Part shown: in pieces, positions 18,783-28,204 of the stretch
Layout: every line of letters begins with the position of its first letter
Position numbering within the stretch: position 1 is the stretch's first letter
Source of the DNA: an uncultured Chloroflexia bacterium
GTDB lineage: Bacteria; Chloroflexota; Anaerolineae; CG2-30-64-16
DNA length: 64,000 bases
Assembly (NCBI GenBank): GCA_963810095.1
Contig: CAWEMM010000011.1
Coordinates: 32,001 to 96,000, forward strand
Reading direction: 5' to 3'
Notes under the pieces: generated by a model
Database searches by the model: none
What the model saw: the letters and a program-made list of their open reading frames with translations, nothing else
Told to the model about the DNA's origin: nothing
Translations under genes and position numbers: made by a program

Positions 18783-19604
18783 CTAATTCTCCCCGTAAAC
18801 GTCGGCCTCATACTCCGCTTTTCTGGCCTTCTGGATTTGCTCCTGCACCCAAGCGGCAAAACGCGCCTGCTCCTCATCCGTCGCGTTGCGCCAGAGTTTT
18901 TGCAGTTTGTCCAGAACCTGCGGCGGCTTTTCGATGCCCGCCTCCACGTACGCCTGCTTGAGCGACATCTCGCCGGCCTGCACCGCGTCGAGCAGGTCGG
19001 GGTGCGTCTGGGCCAACTTCTCGCGCTTGCGCTGCGCCGGCGTCATCCGGGCTGCGCTGCCCGCCCCAGCCGCACCTGCGCCACCGCCTTCGTATCCTCC
19101 CGCATCGGAGCTCCCCGCGTCCGGCAGCCGGATCTCGCCGCGGGCGAACTGCGCCTCGAATTCCTCCAGAATACGCCGGCCAAGCGCCGCGTCGGCGTCC
19201 TCGGCCACATCGGGAACCAGGGCTGCCCATGGCGCGCTCGCTTCGCTGCTCGGCGTCCCCTCCACGGCCACCGAGCGCGACGGCGTCGCCGGCCGGCTCT
19301 CCTCTTCCAAGCCGCTGAACTTGATGACCAATTGCATCGACTCGGCCTGTCCGGCCGGCGCGGTGCGGCGAATCAGGTTAGCAAGCGAGGTATAGGGCTC
19401 GTGCGGAGGGGGCGGCGAAAGCGTCTCCCAAATGCGGTGCTCGAGCGCGGCGCGGATGGCCGCGAGGAAGCCTTGCTCGCCCTGCTCACGTGCGGCCCAC
19501 GCGGCGTTGATGCAATCCACTACTTCCTCGCACCAGCCAAATGTCCCCGGCTCATTGACCGTCGGCAGCAACGGATCGGGCTGCAACTCGTTCTTCTTGG
19601 ACAC
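18783..19604 (-). CDS. Hypothetical protein with putative C-terminal helical DNA-binding region
   Basis: GTG start after AAGGGAG; C-terminal KLAQTHPDLLDAVQAGEMSLKQAYVEAG...LQKLWRNAT. Confidence 0.65.
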   Translation of the reverse strand: MSKKNELQPDPLLPTVNEPGTFGWCEEVVDCINAAWAAREQGEQGFLAAIRAALEHRIWETLSPPPPHEPYTSLANLIRRTAPAGQAESMQLVIKFSGLEEESRPATPSRSVAVEGTPSSEASAPWAALVPDVAEDADAALGRRILEEFEAQFARGEIRLPDAGSSDAGGYEGGGAGAAGAGSAARMTPAQRKREKLAQTHPDLLDAVQAGEMSLKQAYVEAGIEKPPQVLDKLQKLWRNATDEEQARFAAWVQEQIQKARKAEYEADVYGEN

Positions 19605-19873
19605 CTTGTCTGCTCCCTTGGCAAATTGAGATACGAACATCATTTCTACCGCAGAATGCTATAACTGGCAAGATTCGCGAAACCCCCGCGCGCCTGCACC
19701 TAGCAGATGCGCCGCGTCGAGCATCTATCAATAACATTTTCCTTCACAATTGCGTATCTCCCTGCAAGCCACTGCGTTAGTCCACATAGAAAGTCGCCGG
19801 CGCAGTCGGAGCCTGGCTGCTCCTTGCCTACTCGGGCAGCACCGCGACTGAGCATCCCCATGGAGGGTCGTCT

Positions 19874-20488
19874 ATGGCAGAACCCCGGCGAGCGGTTGCG
19901 GCCGTCTTGACCCTGATGTTCCTGTTCCTTGCTCCTGTCTTCCCCGCGAATGCATCGACGGCCGCGGTACCCGACGCGCCCAACGCCTGCACTGAAGTGG
20001 TGAAGAACGGGGGCTTCGAATCGCTCTCGGCCAACTGGACCCAGGAGGGCGCACCCGGCCTGCAGCTGATCACGAACACCAATCCTCGCACCGGCGCCTA
20101 CAGCGCATTTCTTGGCGGCGTGCCGAGCAGCGACCACAGCATCAAGCAGCAAATCACGCTGCCGGCAGGGCAGATGATCACCCTGCGTTTCTGGGCATAC
20201 CAGGACACCCTCGAGCACGCCCCGAGCACCGACGACTATCTCGTCGTCCGGCTGCTCAACACGGGCGGGACGCAGCTGGCGCAAGTCACCAGAGTCGACG
20301 TCGACCCGGACCTGCCGCTGGCCTATGTGCTGTACAGCGCGAACCTGACGGCCTATGCCGGGAAGACGGTACAGCTGCAGTTCCTCGTCCACAACGGCCA
20401 GTTCGACGAAACGTGGTACTTCGTCGACGATGTCAGCGTCAGCGCCTGCACGGTCAAGCCCGTGTACCTGCCGCTGATCCGTAAGTAA
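19874..20488 (+). CDS. Secreted beta-sandwich (CBM-like) protein with C-terminal VYLPLIRK tail
   Basis: Signal peptide; NGGFE start motif and FVDDVSV end motif; paired Cys; YLPLI tail. Confidence 0.8.
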   Translation: MAEPRRAVAAVLTLMFLFLAPVFPANASTAAVPDAPNACTEVVKNGGFESLSANWTQEGAPGLQLITNTNPRTGAYSAFLGGVPSSDHSIKQQITLPAGQMITLRFWAYQDTLEHAPSTDDYLVVRLLNTGGTQLAQVTRVDVDPDLPLAYVLYSANLTAYAGKTVQLQFLVHNGQFDETWYFVDDVSVSACTVKPVYLPLIRK

Positions 20489-20502
20489 ATCTGGAGGAAA
20501 CC

Positions 20503-21687
20503 ATGACCACTCGCTTTCGAACCCTGATGGCTGTCCTAGTCTTGGTCAGCATCCTCATGGTCCCCGCCGCCACAGCTGGCGCCGCGGGGCCGGATGCCAA
20601 TGCAGCATTCGACGTGAAGTTTGCCGGCGTCATCACGACCGCCCCCGCGGCCGCGGGCGAGCCCTGGGTTATCGCAGGGCAGACCGTGAAGACCGATGCG
20701 AATACCAAGGTCCTACTGCCCGCGGAAGAACCCGCCGCGGCAGGCATGTGGGCCGACGTAATGGCCAAGAAGCAAACGGACGGCAGCCTCCTCGCGCTCA
20801 AGCTGAAGGTGATGCCGCCCGAGATGCGGCTCGTCGGCCCGCTCCAGGTGATGCCCGAGGGCGATATGGGCACGTGGACGGTCGCGGGGGTCGATTTCAA
20901 GGTCGATGAAGCCACCAAGATCGTCGATCGGGGCGAACCGATCATGGTCGACGGGTGGGTCGAGGTGCAGGCGGTCGAAGACGCGGGCGTCCTCGTCGCC
21001 GTCCGTATCATGTCGCTTGACGAGCAGGACGGCGTGGAGCTATACGGCGCGATCCAGGCATTCTCGGGGACCGGGTGGACCATCAGCACGGTCGAGTTCG
21101 CGGTAGACGCCAACACGCGGATTATGGGCAAACCGCAAGAAGGGCTGCTCGCGAAGGCCTCGCTTAAGCTGCAGGAAGACGGCAGCTTGCTCGGCCACAA
21201 TATCAAGGTCGCGTGGGATGAGCAGGGCGGCTGGCGCAAGCCGGTGCAGTTCACCGGCAAGATCGAGGCACTGCCCGCCAAGGGAATGGTCGGGCTCTGG
21301 ACGATTGACGGCAAGCAGGTCGACGTCTCCGCCCAGACCAAGGTGCTGCAGCACAAGGCCCTGGCCGAGGTCGGCGCCACCGTCCATGTCGTCGGCTGGA
21401 CCGAAGGCGAGGTCGTCAAGGCCATCCTGGTCGCGGTGATGGCCCCCGCCGCGGACTCGAAGCCCTTCCAGTTGATCGGGAAGATCGACGCCCTGCCGGC
21501 CGGCGGGCTGACGGGCGAGTGGACCGTCAGTGGCGGAGGCAAGCAGTACGCTATCCAGGTTACCGACGCGACCCGGATCGCAGGCCGCCAGTTCGTGAAG
21601 GTCGGCGCTGCGGTGACCGTGCTCGGCATCCAGAAGGCCGATGGGACGATCACGGCAACGCTGGTTCACGCCAAACAAGGACGGTAG
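20503..21687 (+). CDS. Secreted DUF5666-like repeat protein
   Basis: Signal peptide; about five repeats of G.I...WTV.G....VD..T.I...G..V.V. Confidence 0.75.
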   Translation: MTTRFRTLMAVLVLVSILMVPAATAGAAGPDANAAFDVKFAGVITTAPAAAGEPWVIAGQTVKTDANTKVLLPAEEPAAAGMWADVMAKKQTDGSLLALKLKVMPPEMRLVGPLQVMPEGDMGTWTVAGVDFKVDEATKIVDRGEPIMVDGWVEVQAVEDAGVLVAVRIMSLDEQDGVELYGAIQAFSGTGWTISTVEFAVDANTRIMGKPQEGLLAKASLKLQEDGSLLGHNIKVAWDEQGGWRKPVQFTGKIEALPAKGMVGLWTIDGKQVDVSAQTKVLQHKALAEVGATVHVVGWTEGEVVKAILVAVMAPAADSKPFQLIGKIDALPAGGLTGEWTVSGGGKQYAIQVTDATRIAGRQFVKVGAAVTVLGIQKADGTITATLVHAKQGR

Positions 21688-21733
21688 AGACCGCTAACGC
21701 GTCGCCGGACGACGCGTGGAAAGTAGACGATGC

Positions 21734-21774
21734 GCCGGGCTCTTCTCGTGACCGAGAGGAGCCCGGTTTCTATT
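21734..21774 (+). terminator. Probable intrinsic terminator
   Basis: ccgggctcttctcg-tgac-cgagaggagcccgg followed by tttctatt. Confidence 0.6.
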
Positions 21775-21832
21775 CCCGCTGGCTGCAGCACTTCCGCCAT
21801 TCATTGAAAATACAACAGGTAGATCGATTACA

Positions 21833-21852
21833 CATAATATTTTGATATTATG
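21833..21852. promoter_or_regulatory. AT-rich palindrome, candidate operator
   Basis: CATAATAT-tttg-ATATTATG in an AT-rich patch upstream of ATG 21901. Confidence 0.5.
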
Positions 21853-21900
21853 GCACAATCTCGATTGCAGTACCCAGTATTGACACCAGGAGGATCGAGT

Positions 21901-22726
21901 ATGTATCGAAAAGTGACAGTCGTGTCCATTATCGTCCTGTTGCTGAGCCTCGCTTTCGCCAGCGTCAGCTTCGCCCAGACAGGCACCGGCAACCCGAACG
22001 ACCAGCAGGGCCAGAACAACAGCGGCCAAGCCCAGGCGGGCAACAACCAGCAGGGCTTTGCACCCGGCTCGGCGTTCACCAGCCTCGGCCAGGGGCGCAG
22101 CGTGGCCAATGGCCAACGCCAGTGGTACGCATTCGAGTATGCGGGCGACAACTCGCAGATCCAGATCCGCCTGCGGAATGCGGCGAACCTGATGTTCAGC
22201 GTCTGGACGCAGCAGCAGATCCAGTCCGCTAACGGCAGCTTCGGCGCCACGGCGGACGCGGTGGGTCGCAGCACTGCGAACAACTCCCAGTTCGGGGGCG
22301 ACCAATACTGGACGGGCTCGTTCAACACGCCGGGCACGTACTACATCATGGTCGAGCGGGTGCAAGGCGGCAACACCGATAACGCGGCCGGCAACTACCA
22401 GCTTGAGGTGACCGGCAGCGGCGTGAGCTGGCGCGGCCAGGGCCAGGGCAATGCCAACGGCTCGAACAATGCGAGCGGCTCGAACAACACGAGCGGTTCC
22501 AACGCCACACAGCGGCTCGAACAACACCAGCGGCTCGAACAACACGAGCGGCTCGAACGCCAACAGCGGCTCGAACAGCACCAGCGGCAGCTCGGCGCCG
22601 GGTGGGCTCGCGCCTTCGACCCTGCCGACGACGGGTGGCGAGACCGCTTCCATGTTCCCGGTGCTGCTCGGCGCGCTGGGTGCCCTGAGCGTGACTGCCG
22701 GTGCACTCCTGCGCCGGAAGAAGTAA
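21901..22726 (+). CDS. Secreted LPXTG cell-wall-anchored protein with S/N/G-rich stalk (frameshift near 22508)
   Basis: Signal peptide; small beta domain; corrected C-terminus LPTTG + hydrophobic helix + RRKK (ORF 22451..22726). Confidence 0.8.
22456..22594 (+). repeat. Coding 18-nt tandem repeat (SGSNNT)n
   Basis: agcggctcgaacaacacg-like units, about 7 copies. Confidence 0.8.
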
Positions 22727-22774
22727 GCGCATCGCCGTCAGGCGCGCCCTCGGGCGACTGAATGGAACGTGCCG

Positions 22775-22818
22775 GGGCACGAGGGGCAGAACATTGCCCC
22801 TCGTGCCCTGTGATTTTT
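22775..22818 (+). terminator. Intrinsic terminator upstream of the trp promoter
   Basis: gggcacgaggggca / tgcccctcgtgccc stem followed by tgtgattttt. Confidence 0.7.
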
Positions 22819-22841
22819 GATGCCGAGCTATCCACTACCCC

Positions 22842-22870
22842 TTGACAAGTGGCTGTATCACTGGTACATT
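22842..22870 (+). promoter_or_regulatory. Sigma70-type promoter of the trp operon
   Basis: TTGACA-N17-TACATT with extended -10 TG. Confidence 0.8.
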
Positions 22871-22897
22871 AGGCACACAAGTGAATAGCAATGCCCT

Positions 22898-23300
22898 AAA
22901 GGCTGTGAAGAGGACGAGTACGCGCCGGGCCGCTGGCCCAGAGAGCGGGGGGCGTCAGCACGCTGTTGATGTAAGCGGCGCTGGCGCAGGTGAGAGCCCC
23001 GTGCAGACGGTGGCGCGGAATGGACCTCAGAGCTGCAGGATGAACGTGGTTACCGGCCCTTCGCCCGGTAACTTGTCAGTAGTCCGCGCCGGAGATGCCA
23101 CCGTTATCAAGGCAAAGAGTATAAACGCCCACCTTGTCGTCGGCGCCGTACTCGATCAAGAGTGAGGCTGGCTTAACCCGACCCGTCCTATTCGCCATTC
23201 GTGGCGCCATCACCGGCGGGTCGATCTATTTAACCAGCCTAACCAGGGTGGCACCGCGGGATTGCAGTCCTCTCCCGTCCCTGAACGGAGAGGATTTTTG
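22898..23300 (+). ncRNA. T-box riboswitch (tryptophan specifier)
   Basis: Stem I GAAGAGGACGAGTA...AGAGAG...GGTGAGAG; specifier GAA-TGG-A (TGG at 23021-23023); CCGTTA F-box; AGGGTGGCACCGCG at 23245-23258; terminator tcctctcccg...cggagagga-ttttt; precedes trpE. Confidence 0.92.
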
Positions 23301-23345
23301 CTTTAAGCCGGTGGCTCACACCGCCGGCCGCCTGCGGAGGCTGCC

Positions 23346-24830
23346 ATGCCAAACCTGATTCCTATCATTCGCGAACTGCCCGCGGACCTCGAAACGCCGG
23401 TTTCGGTCTACCTCAAGCTGCGTGGACGCGGCCCTTCGTTCCTACTGGAGTCCATCACGGGCGGCGAGCAGGTCGCCCGCTACAGCTTCATCGGCGTCAA
23501 TCCCGGCCAAGCCTTCGTCTGTCGCAACCGGCAGATTGAGCGGCACATTGCTGCTAACGGCTCAGGGGCCGAGAGTTCGATCGAAACGCTGGCCGAAGGG
23601 CAAGATCTGCTTCACGTGCTTGCGGCCGAACTGGCGCAGTACGACGTGGCCGAGGTTGCCGGACTCCCCCGCTTCTCGGGCGGCTTTGCCGGCTACCTGG
23701 GCTACGACGTCGTCCGTTTCTTCGAGCCGCGGCTGGGTCTCGCTCCACATGCGACGCTTCCAGACGCCATCTTCCTCCTGGCCGACACCGTGGTCGCCTT
23801 CGATCACGCCTTCGGCCGCCTGTTGCTCATCTCCAACGCTCAGGCGGGTGGAGCATCCGCTGCGGAAGACGAGGCAGTGGCCCGGCATGCGGCCGAGCGC
23901 CGGCTCGACGAGCTGCAGGCGGCCATCGAGGCGCCGCTGCCCCCTCACTCGACAGGACCCGTGCCCGACTGCTGCACGGACCTTGCGTCGAACATGAACG
24001 CGGAGGACTACTGTGCCGCGGTTGAGGCGGCTAAGGCGTACATCGCGGCCGGCGACATTTTCCAGGTCGTGCTTTCGCAACGTTTCTCCAGGCAGACAGG
24101 CGCGCAGCCGTTCGACATCTACCGCAGCCTGCGCCGCCTAAACCCTTCGCCCTACATGTTCTTCTTCGACTTCGCCGGCCTGGCCGGTGGCCCCGACCCG
24201 CTCTACCTCATCGGCGCGTCGCCCGAGATGCACGTGCGGCTGGAAGGCGGCACCGCGACGCTGCGGCCCATCGCCGGGACCCGCCCACGAGGGGCCAGCC
24301 CCGCAGCCGATGCCGCGCTCGAACGTGAGCTGCTGGCAGATCCGAAGGAGCGCGCCGAACACGTCATGCTCGTCGACCTGGCGCGGAACGACCTGGGGCG
24401 GGTCTGCGACTACGGGACGGTGCGGGTGCCCGAGCTCATGACCGTCGAAAGGTACTCCCACGTGATGCACATCGTGTCGCACGTCGAGGGATGCCTGCGG
24501 CCTGACCTCGACGGGTTTGACCTGGTGCGCGCGACCTTTCCGGCGGGCACGGTCAGCGGTGCACCAAAGGTGCGGGCGATGGAGATCATCGACGAACTGG
24601 AGCGCGGCCCCCGAGGGCCGTATGCGGGTCTCGTCGGCTACTTCTCGTACGACGGTTCGCTCGACACCTGCATCACCATCCGGACGCTCGTCATGCAGGG
24701 CCAGGAGGTCAGCGTGCAGGCGGGCGCCGGGATCGTCGCCGACTCCATCCCCGAACGCGAGCGCCAGGAGTCGGTCAACAAAGCCCGCGCGCTCTTCGCA
24801 GCAGTTGAGTTGGCCGAGAAGGCACGCTGA
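23346..24830 (+). CDS. trpE: Anthranilate synthase component I
   Basis: SFLLES; NPSPYMF; PIAGTRPRG; KERAEHVMLVDLARND; FPAGTVSGAPK. Confidence 0.95.
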   Translation: MPNLIPIIRELPADLETPVSVYLKLRGRGPSFLLESITGGEQVARYSFIGVNPGQAFVCRNRQIERHIAANGSGAESSIETLAEGQDLLHVLAAELAQYDVAEVAGLPRFSGGFAGYLGYDVVRFFEPRLGLAPHATLPDAIFLLADTVVAFDHAFGRLLLISNAQAGGASAAEDEAVARHAAERRLDELQAAIEAPLPPHSTGPVPDCCTDLASNMNAEDYCAAVEAAKAYIAAGDIFQVVLSQRFSRQTGAQPFDIYRSLRRLNPSPYMFFFDFAGLAGGPDPLYLIGASPEMHVRLEGGTATLRPIAGTRPRGASPAADAALERELLADPKERAEHVMLVDLARNDLGRVCDYGTVRVPELMTVERYSHVMHIVSHVEGCLRPDLDGFDLVRATFPAGTVSGAPKVRAMEIIDELERGPRGPYAGLVGYFSYDGSLDTCITIRTLVMQGQEVSVQAGAGIVADSIPERERQESVNKARALFAAVELAEKAR

Positions 24831-24901
24831 CAGGAAGGACCCGAGAACCTAAGCCGCACCAAGGCCCTTTTGTGCAACTTTGGTTCCTGGGTTCTTCCTG
24901 T
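24830..24901. repeat. REP-like imperfect inverted repeat between trpE and trpG
   Basis: acaggaaggacccgagaacctaag ... ctttggttcctgggttcttcctgt. Confidence 0.65.
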
Positions 24902-24916
24902 TGAAAGGGGTATCTC

Positions 24917-25486
24917 ATGATCGCAGTGATCGACAACTACGACTCGTTTACCTACAACCTGGTCCAGTACTTCGGCGAGTTGGGCGCGGAGGTCCGCGTG
25001 TACCGGAACGACGCAGTGACGCCGAAAGAGATCGAGGCGCTGAATCCCAGCCACGTCGTCATCTCGCCCGGACCCGGCGACCCGTCGGACGCGGGCATCT
25101 CCAATGACGTGATCCGCGAGCTGGGTGCGCACCGGCCCCTGCTCGGCGTCTGCCTCGGGCACCAATGCATGGGCGCCGTGTTTGGCGGGCAGGTCGTCCG
25201 CGCGCCGCACCTCTTCCACGGCAAGACCTCGCGCGTCTATCACTTCGGCACCGGCCTGTTTGCCAGCCTGCCCAGCCCGTTCGAGGCGACACGCTACCAC
25301 TCGCTCATGGTGGCCGAGCCACTTCCCGAGGAGTTGGAAATGACCGCCTTCACGGATGGCGGGGTCGTCATGGGCCTGCGCCATCGCACCCGCCCCACCT
25401 TCGGGGTCCAGTTTCACCCCGAGTCCATCCTGACCCAGGGCGGGAAGCAAATCCTGAAGAATTTTCTCAACGTGAGAGCCGGCTAA
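24917..25486 (+). CDS. trpG: Anthranilate synthase component II (glutamine amidotransferase)
   Basis: [10 protein letters not shown]; SPGPG; GVCLGHQ; QFHPES. Confidence 0.95.
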   Translation: MIAVIDNYDSFTYNLVQYFGELGAEVRVYRNDAVTPKEIEALNPSHVVISPGPGDPSDAGISNDVIRELGAHRPLLGVCLGHQCMGAVFGGQVVRAPHLFHGKTSRVYHFGTGLFASLPSPFEATRYHSLMVAEPLPEELEMTAFTDGGVVMGLRHRTRPTFGVQFHPESILTQGGKQILKNFLNVRAG

Positions 25487-25545
25487 CCACAAAGACACAA
25501 AGACACAAAGGTGAACATCTCGCTCTAACCCTGTGTTTTTGTGTT
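25485..25545. repeat. REP-like element between trpG and trpD
   Basis: aaccacaaagacacaaagacacaaagg ... ccctgtgtttttgtgtt. Confidence 0.65.
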
Positions 25546-25567
25546 GAAAGGTCCTCGGGAGGACAGT

Positions 25568-26623
25568 ATGTTACACGACTACATCGGGAAACTGCTCGCT
25601 TACCAGAACCTCAGCGAAGACGAGGCGCGGGAGGCGATGGAGATCATCATGACCGGGCAGGCGACGCAGGCGCAGATCGGCGGCTACCTGATCGCGCTGC
25701 GCATGAAGGGCGAGACCGCGGACGAAATCACGGGCTCGGCGCGGGCGATGCGCGGCCAGGCCAACGGCGTGACGGTAAGCCACGCCGGCGCGCTCCTCGA
25801 CACGGCGGGCACGGGCGGCGACGGGAAACACACGTTCAACATCTCCACCGCGGCTGCGTTCGTTATTGCAGGGGCGGGCCGCCAAGTGGCGAAGCACGGC
25901 AACCGCGCCGCGTCCAGCCGCTCGGGCAGCGCGGACGTGTTAGCGGCGCTCGGCGTGAACCTCGACCTGACGCCGGAACAAGCCGGCCGCTGCATCGACG
26001 AGATCGGGATTGGCTTTCTGTTCGCACCCAAGTTCCACCCGGCCATGAAACACGCGGTTGGTCCGCGCAAGGAGCTGGGGCAGCGCACCATCTTCAATCT
26101 GCTGGGCCCGCTGACCAATCCGGCCGGCGCAACCCACCAAATCATAGGCGTCTACGACCCGGCGCTGACGCACGTCCTGGCCGAGGTATTGGGCAGCCTG
26201 GGCTCTGAAGCGGCGCTCGTGCTCCACGGTTTCGGCGGGCTCGACGAGCTGACGACGGGCGGCCCGAACCGGGTGAGCCACCTGCGGGCCGGCAAGGTTA
26301 CCACCTTCGACCTCGACCCGGTCGATCCATGCCTGCCGTTCGGCCGCTGCTCGGTGGAGGATCTGCGCGGGGGCGACCCGGCGCACAACGCCCGCATGCT
26401 GCGCGACGTTCTCGCGGGCGTCGACTGCGGCCCCCGCCGCGAGGTCGTGCTGCTGAACGCGGCCGCCGCGCTAGCGGTCGAATGCTGCGATCTCTCGGCC
26501 GATCCCTGCGGCATCCTGCAGGAAACAGCCGGCCGGGCGGCCGAGTCCATCGACAGCGGGGCCGCGCTGCGCAAGCTGGACGGCCTGATCGAGATGAGCC
26601 GCGCATTCGCGCCGGCAGAATAA
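25568..26623 (+). CDS. trpD: Anthranilate phosphoribosyltransferase
   Basis: DTAGTGGDG; NIST; KHGNRAASSRSGSAD; RTIFNLLGPLTNP. Confidence 0.95.
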   Translation: MLHDYIGKLLAYQNLSEDEAREAMEIIMTGQATQAQIGGYLIALRMKGETADEITGSARAMRGQANGVTVSHAGALLDTAGTGGDGKHTFNISTAAAFVIAGAGRQVAKHGNRAASSRSGSADVLAALGVNLDLTPEQAGRCIDEIGIGFLFAPKFHPAMKHAVGPRKELGQRTIFNLLGPLTNPAGATHQIIGVYDPALTHVLAEVLGSLGSEAALVLHGFGGLDELTTGGPNRVSHLRAGKVTTFDLDPVDPCLPFGRCSVEDLRGGDPAHNARMLRDVLAGVDCGPRREVVLLNAAAALAVECCDLSADPCGILQETAGRAAESIDSGAALRKLDGLIEMSRAFAPAE

Positions 26624-26649
26624 GCGAGTTGGACGGATGGGCAGAAGCC

Positions 26650-27487
26650 ATGAGCCGATTGGGTGAAATCTTCGAGCACAAGTTGGCGGAGGTCGCGGCG
26701 AGCAAAGGGCGACGGGCCCCCGCGACCGTGCAGGCTGCGGCGGAAGGAGCGCCGCCCGCGCTGGACTTCCTCGACGCGCTCGAAGCGAGCCCGCCGTCCC
26801 GGCCTGATTGCGGAGGTCAAGGCGGCGTCGCCGTCCCGCGGGCAGCTCGCAGGCCGAAACGGGCAGCCGTTCGACCCCGTGGGGCTGGCGCACATCTATG
26901 CAGAGAATGGCGCAGCCGCCATCAGCGTGCTGACCGACGAGCGGTACTTCGGTGGGTCTTTGGACCATTTGCAGGCCGTGCGTGCAGCGCTACCCGGCAT
27001 ACCCCTCCTGCGCAAGGACTTCGTTTGCGATCCCTACCAGGTCTACGAGGCGCGGGCCGCGGGCGCCGACGCGATCCTGCTGATCGTCGCGGCGCTTAGC
27101 GTGCAGCAGCTTGTGGAACTCGGCAGCCTGGCCCGCTGCCTGGGCATGGCGGCACTGATCGAAGCTCACTCGGGCGAGGAACTGGACGCCGCGCTTGCGA
27201 CCGGAGCAACGCTCGTCGGGATCAACAACCGGAACCTGCATGACTTCTCCGTCCGGCTGGAGACGACAATCGAGCTGGCGCCGCGGGTCCCTCCACACTG
27301 CCTGCTCGTCGCCGAAAGCGGCATCTTTGCGGCGGAAGATGTGGCCCGGTTGGTGAGCGGGCGCGGGGCCGACGCGATCCTGGTCGGCGAGGCACTCGTG
27401 ACTGCGCCCGACACGGCCGCCCGGGTGCGGGCACTTGCGGGTCTTGAGGATCGAGCCGTCCGAGATCCTGGTGGAGCGTTACCGTGA
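26650..27487 (+). CDS. trpC: Indole-3-glycerol phosphate synthase (frameshift near 26790)
   Basis: IAEVKAASPSRG; ISVLTDERYFGGS; LRKDF; GINNRNL; AESGI. Confidence 0.93.
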
Positions 27488-28122
27488 TCGTCAAGATCTG
27501 CGGGATCAAGACCCTTGCCGACGCACGGGCAGCCGCCGCCGCGGGCGCGGACATGCTCGGCTTCAACTTCTACCCCGCCAGCCCGCGCTACCTCGATCCC
27601 GCGGCCTGTGCTGCGCTGATCGCCGCACTGCGGGACGAGCTGATCCGGGTTCCCATACTGGTGGGCGTCTTCGTCAACATGCCCCCGGCGGACGTCTCGG
27701 CCCTCCTGGATTCTTGCGGCCTGGATCTCGCCCAGTTGCACGGCGACGAGCCGCCGGAGGTGCTGGCAGCGCTCGGCATTCGGGCCTTCAAAGCGATCCG
27801 GCCGCGGGCCGCGGGCGAAGCAGACGCGCAGCTGCAGGCTTACTGCCGGCGGTGGCCGGCCGCGCCCGACATCCTCCTCGACGCGTCCGCGCCCGGCCTG
27901 TACGGCGGCAGTGGCAAGACTGCAGATTGGTCGGTGGCCGCTTCGCTGGCCCGCCGGGCGCGGCTGTTGCTTGCAGGCGGGCTGCACCCGGGCAACGTGG
28001 CTGAAGCGGTCGCTGCGGTTCGGCCCTGGGGCGTCGACGTGGCCTCGGGCGTGGAGTCCGCGCCGGCCGTGAAGGACCCCGCCAAGACGGCCGAATTCGT
28101 GCGCAAAGCGAAAGGCAATTGA
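27484..28122 (+). CDS. trpF: Phosphoribosylanthranilate isomerase
   Basis: VKICGI; QLHGDE; LAGGL; GVDVASGVE. Confidence 0.95.
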   Translation: MIVKICGIKTLADARAAAAAGADMLGFNFYPASPRYLDPAACAALIAALRDELIRVPILVGVFVNMPPADVSALLDSCGLDLAQLHGDEPPEVLAALGIRAFKAIRPRAAGEADAQLQAYCRRWPAAPDILLDASAPGLYGGSGKTADWSVAASLARRARLLLAGGLHPGNVAEAVAAVRPWGVDVASGVESAPAVKDPAKTAEFVRKAKGN

Positions 28123-28204
28123 CCCACAGAGCGTCGCAGGACGCAAAGAGGTGTGCCGCGTGTTCTGCGTGCCGGTGGTGCGTCTGCCGTGAAGGAAGAG
28201 CAGC

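Noticed and set aside
22456-22594. 18-nt tandem repeat as a non-coding array
   Set aside because: It encodes the Ser/Asn/Gly stalk of the LPXTG protein.
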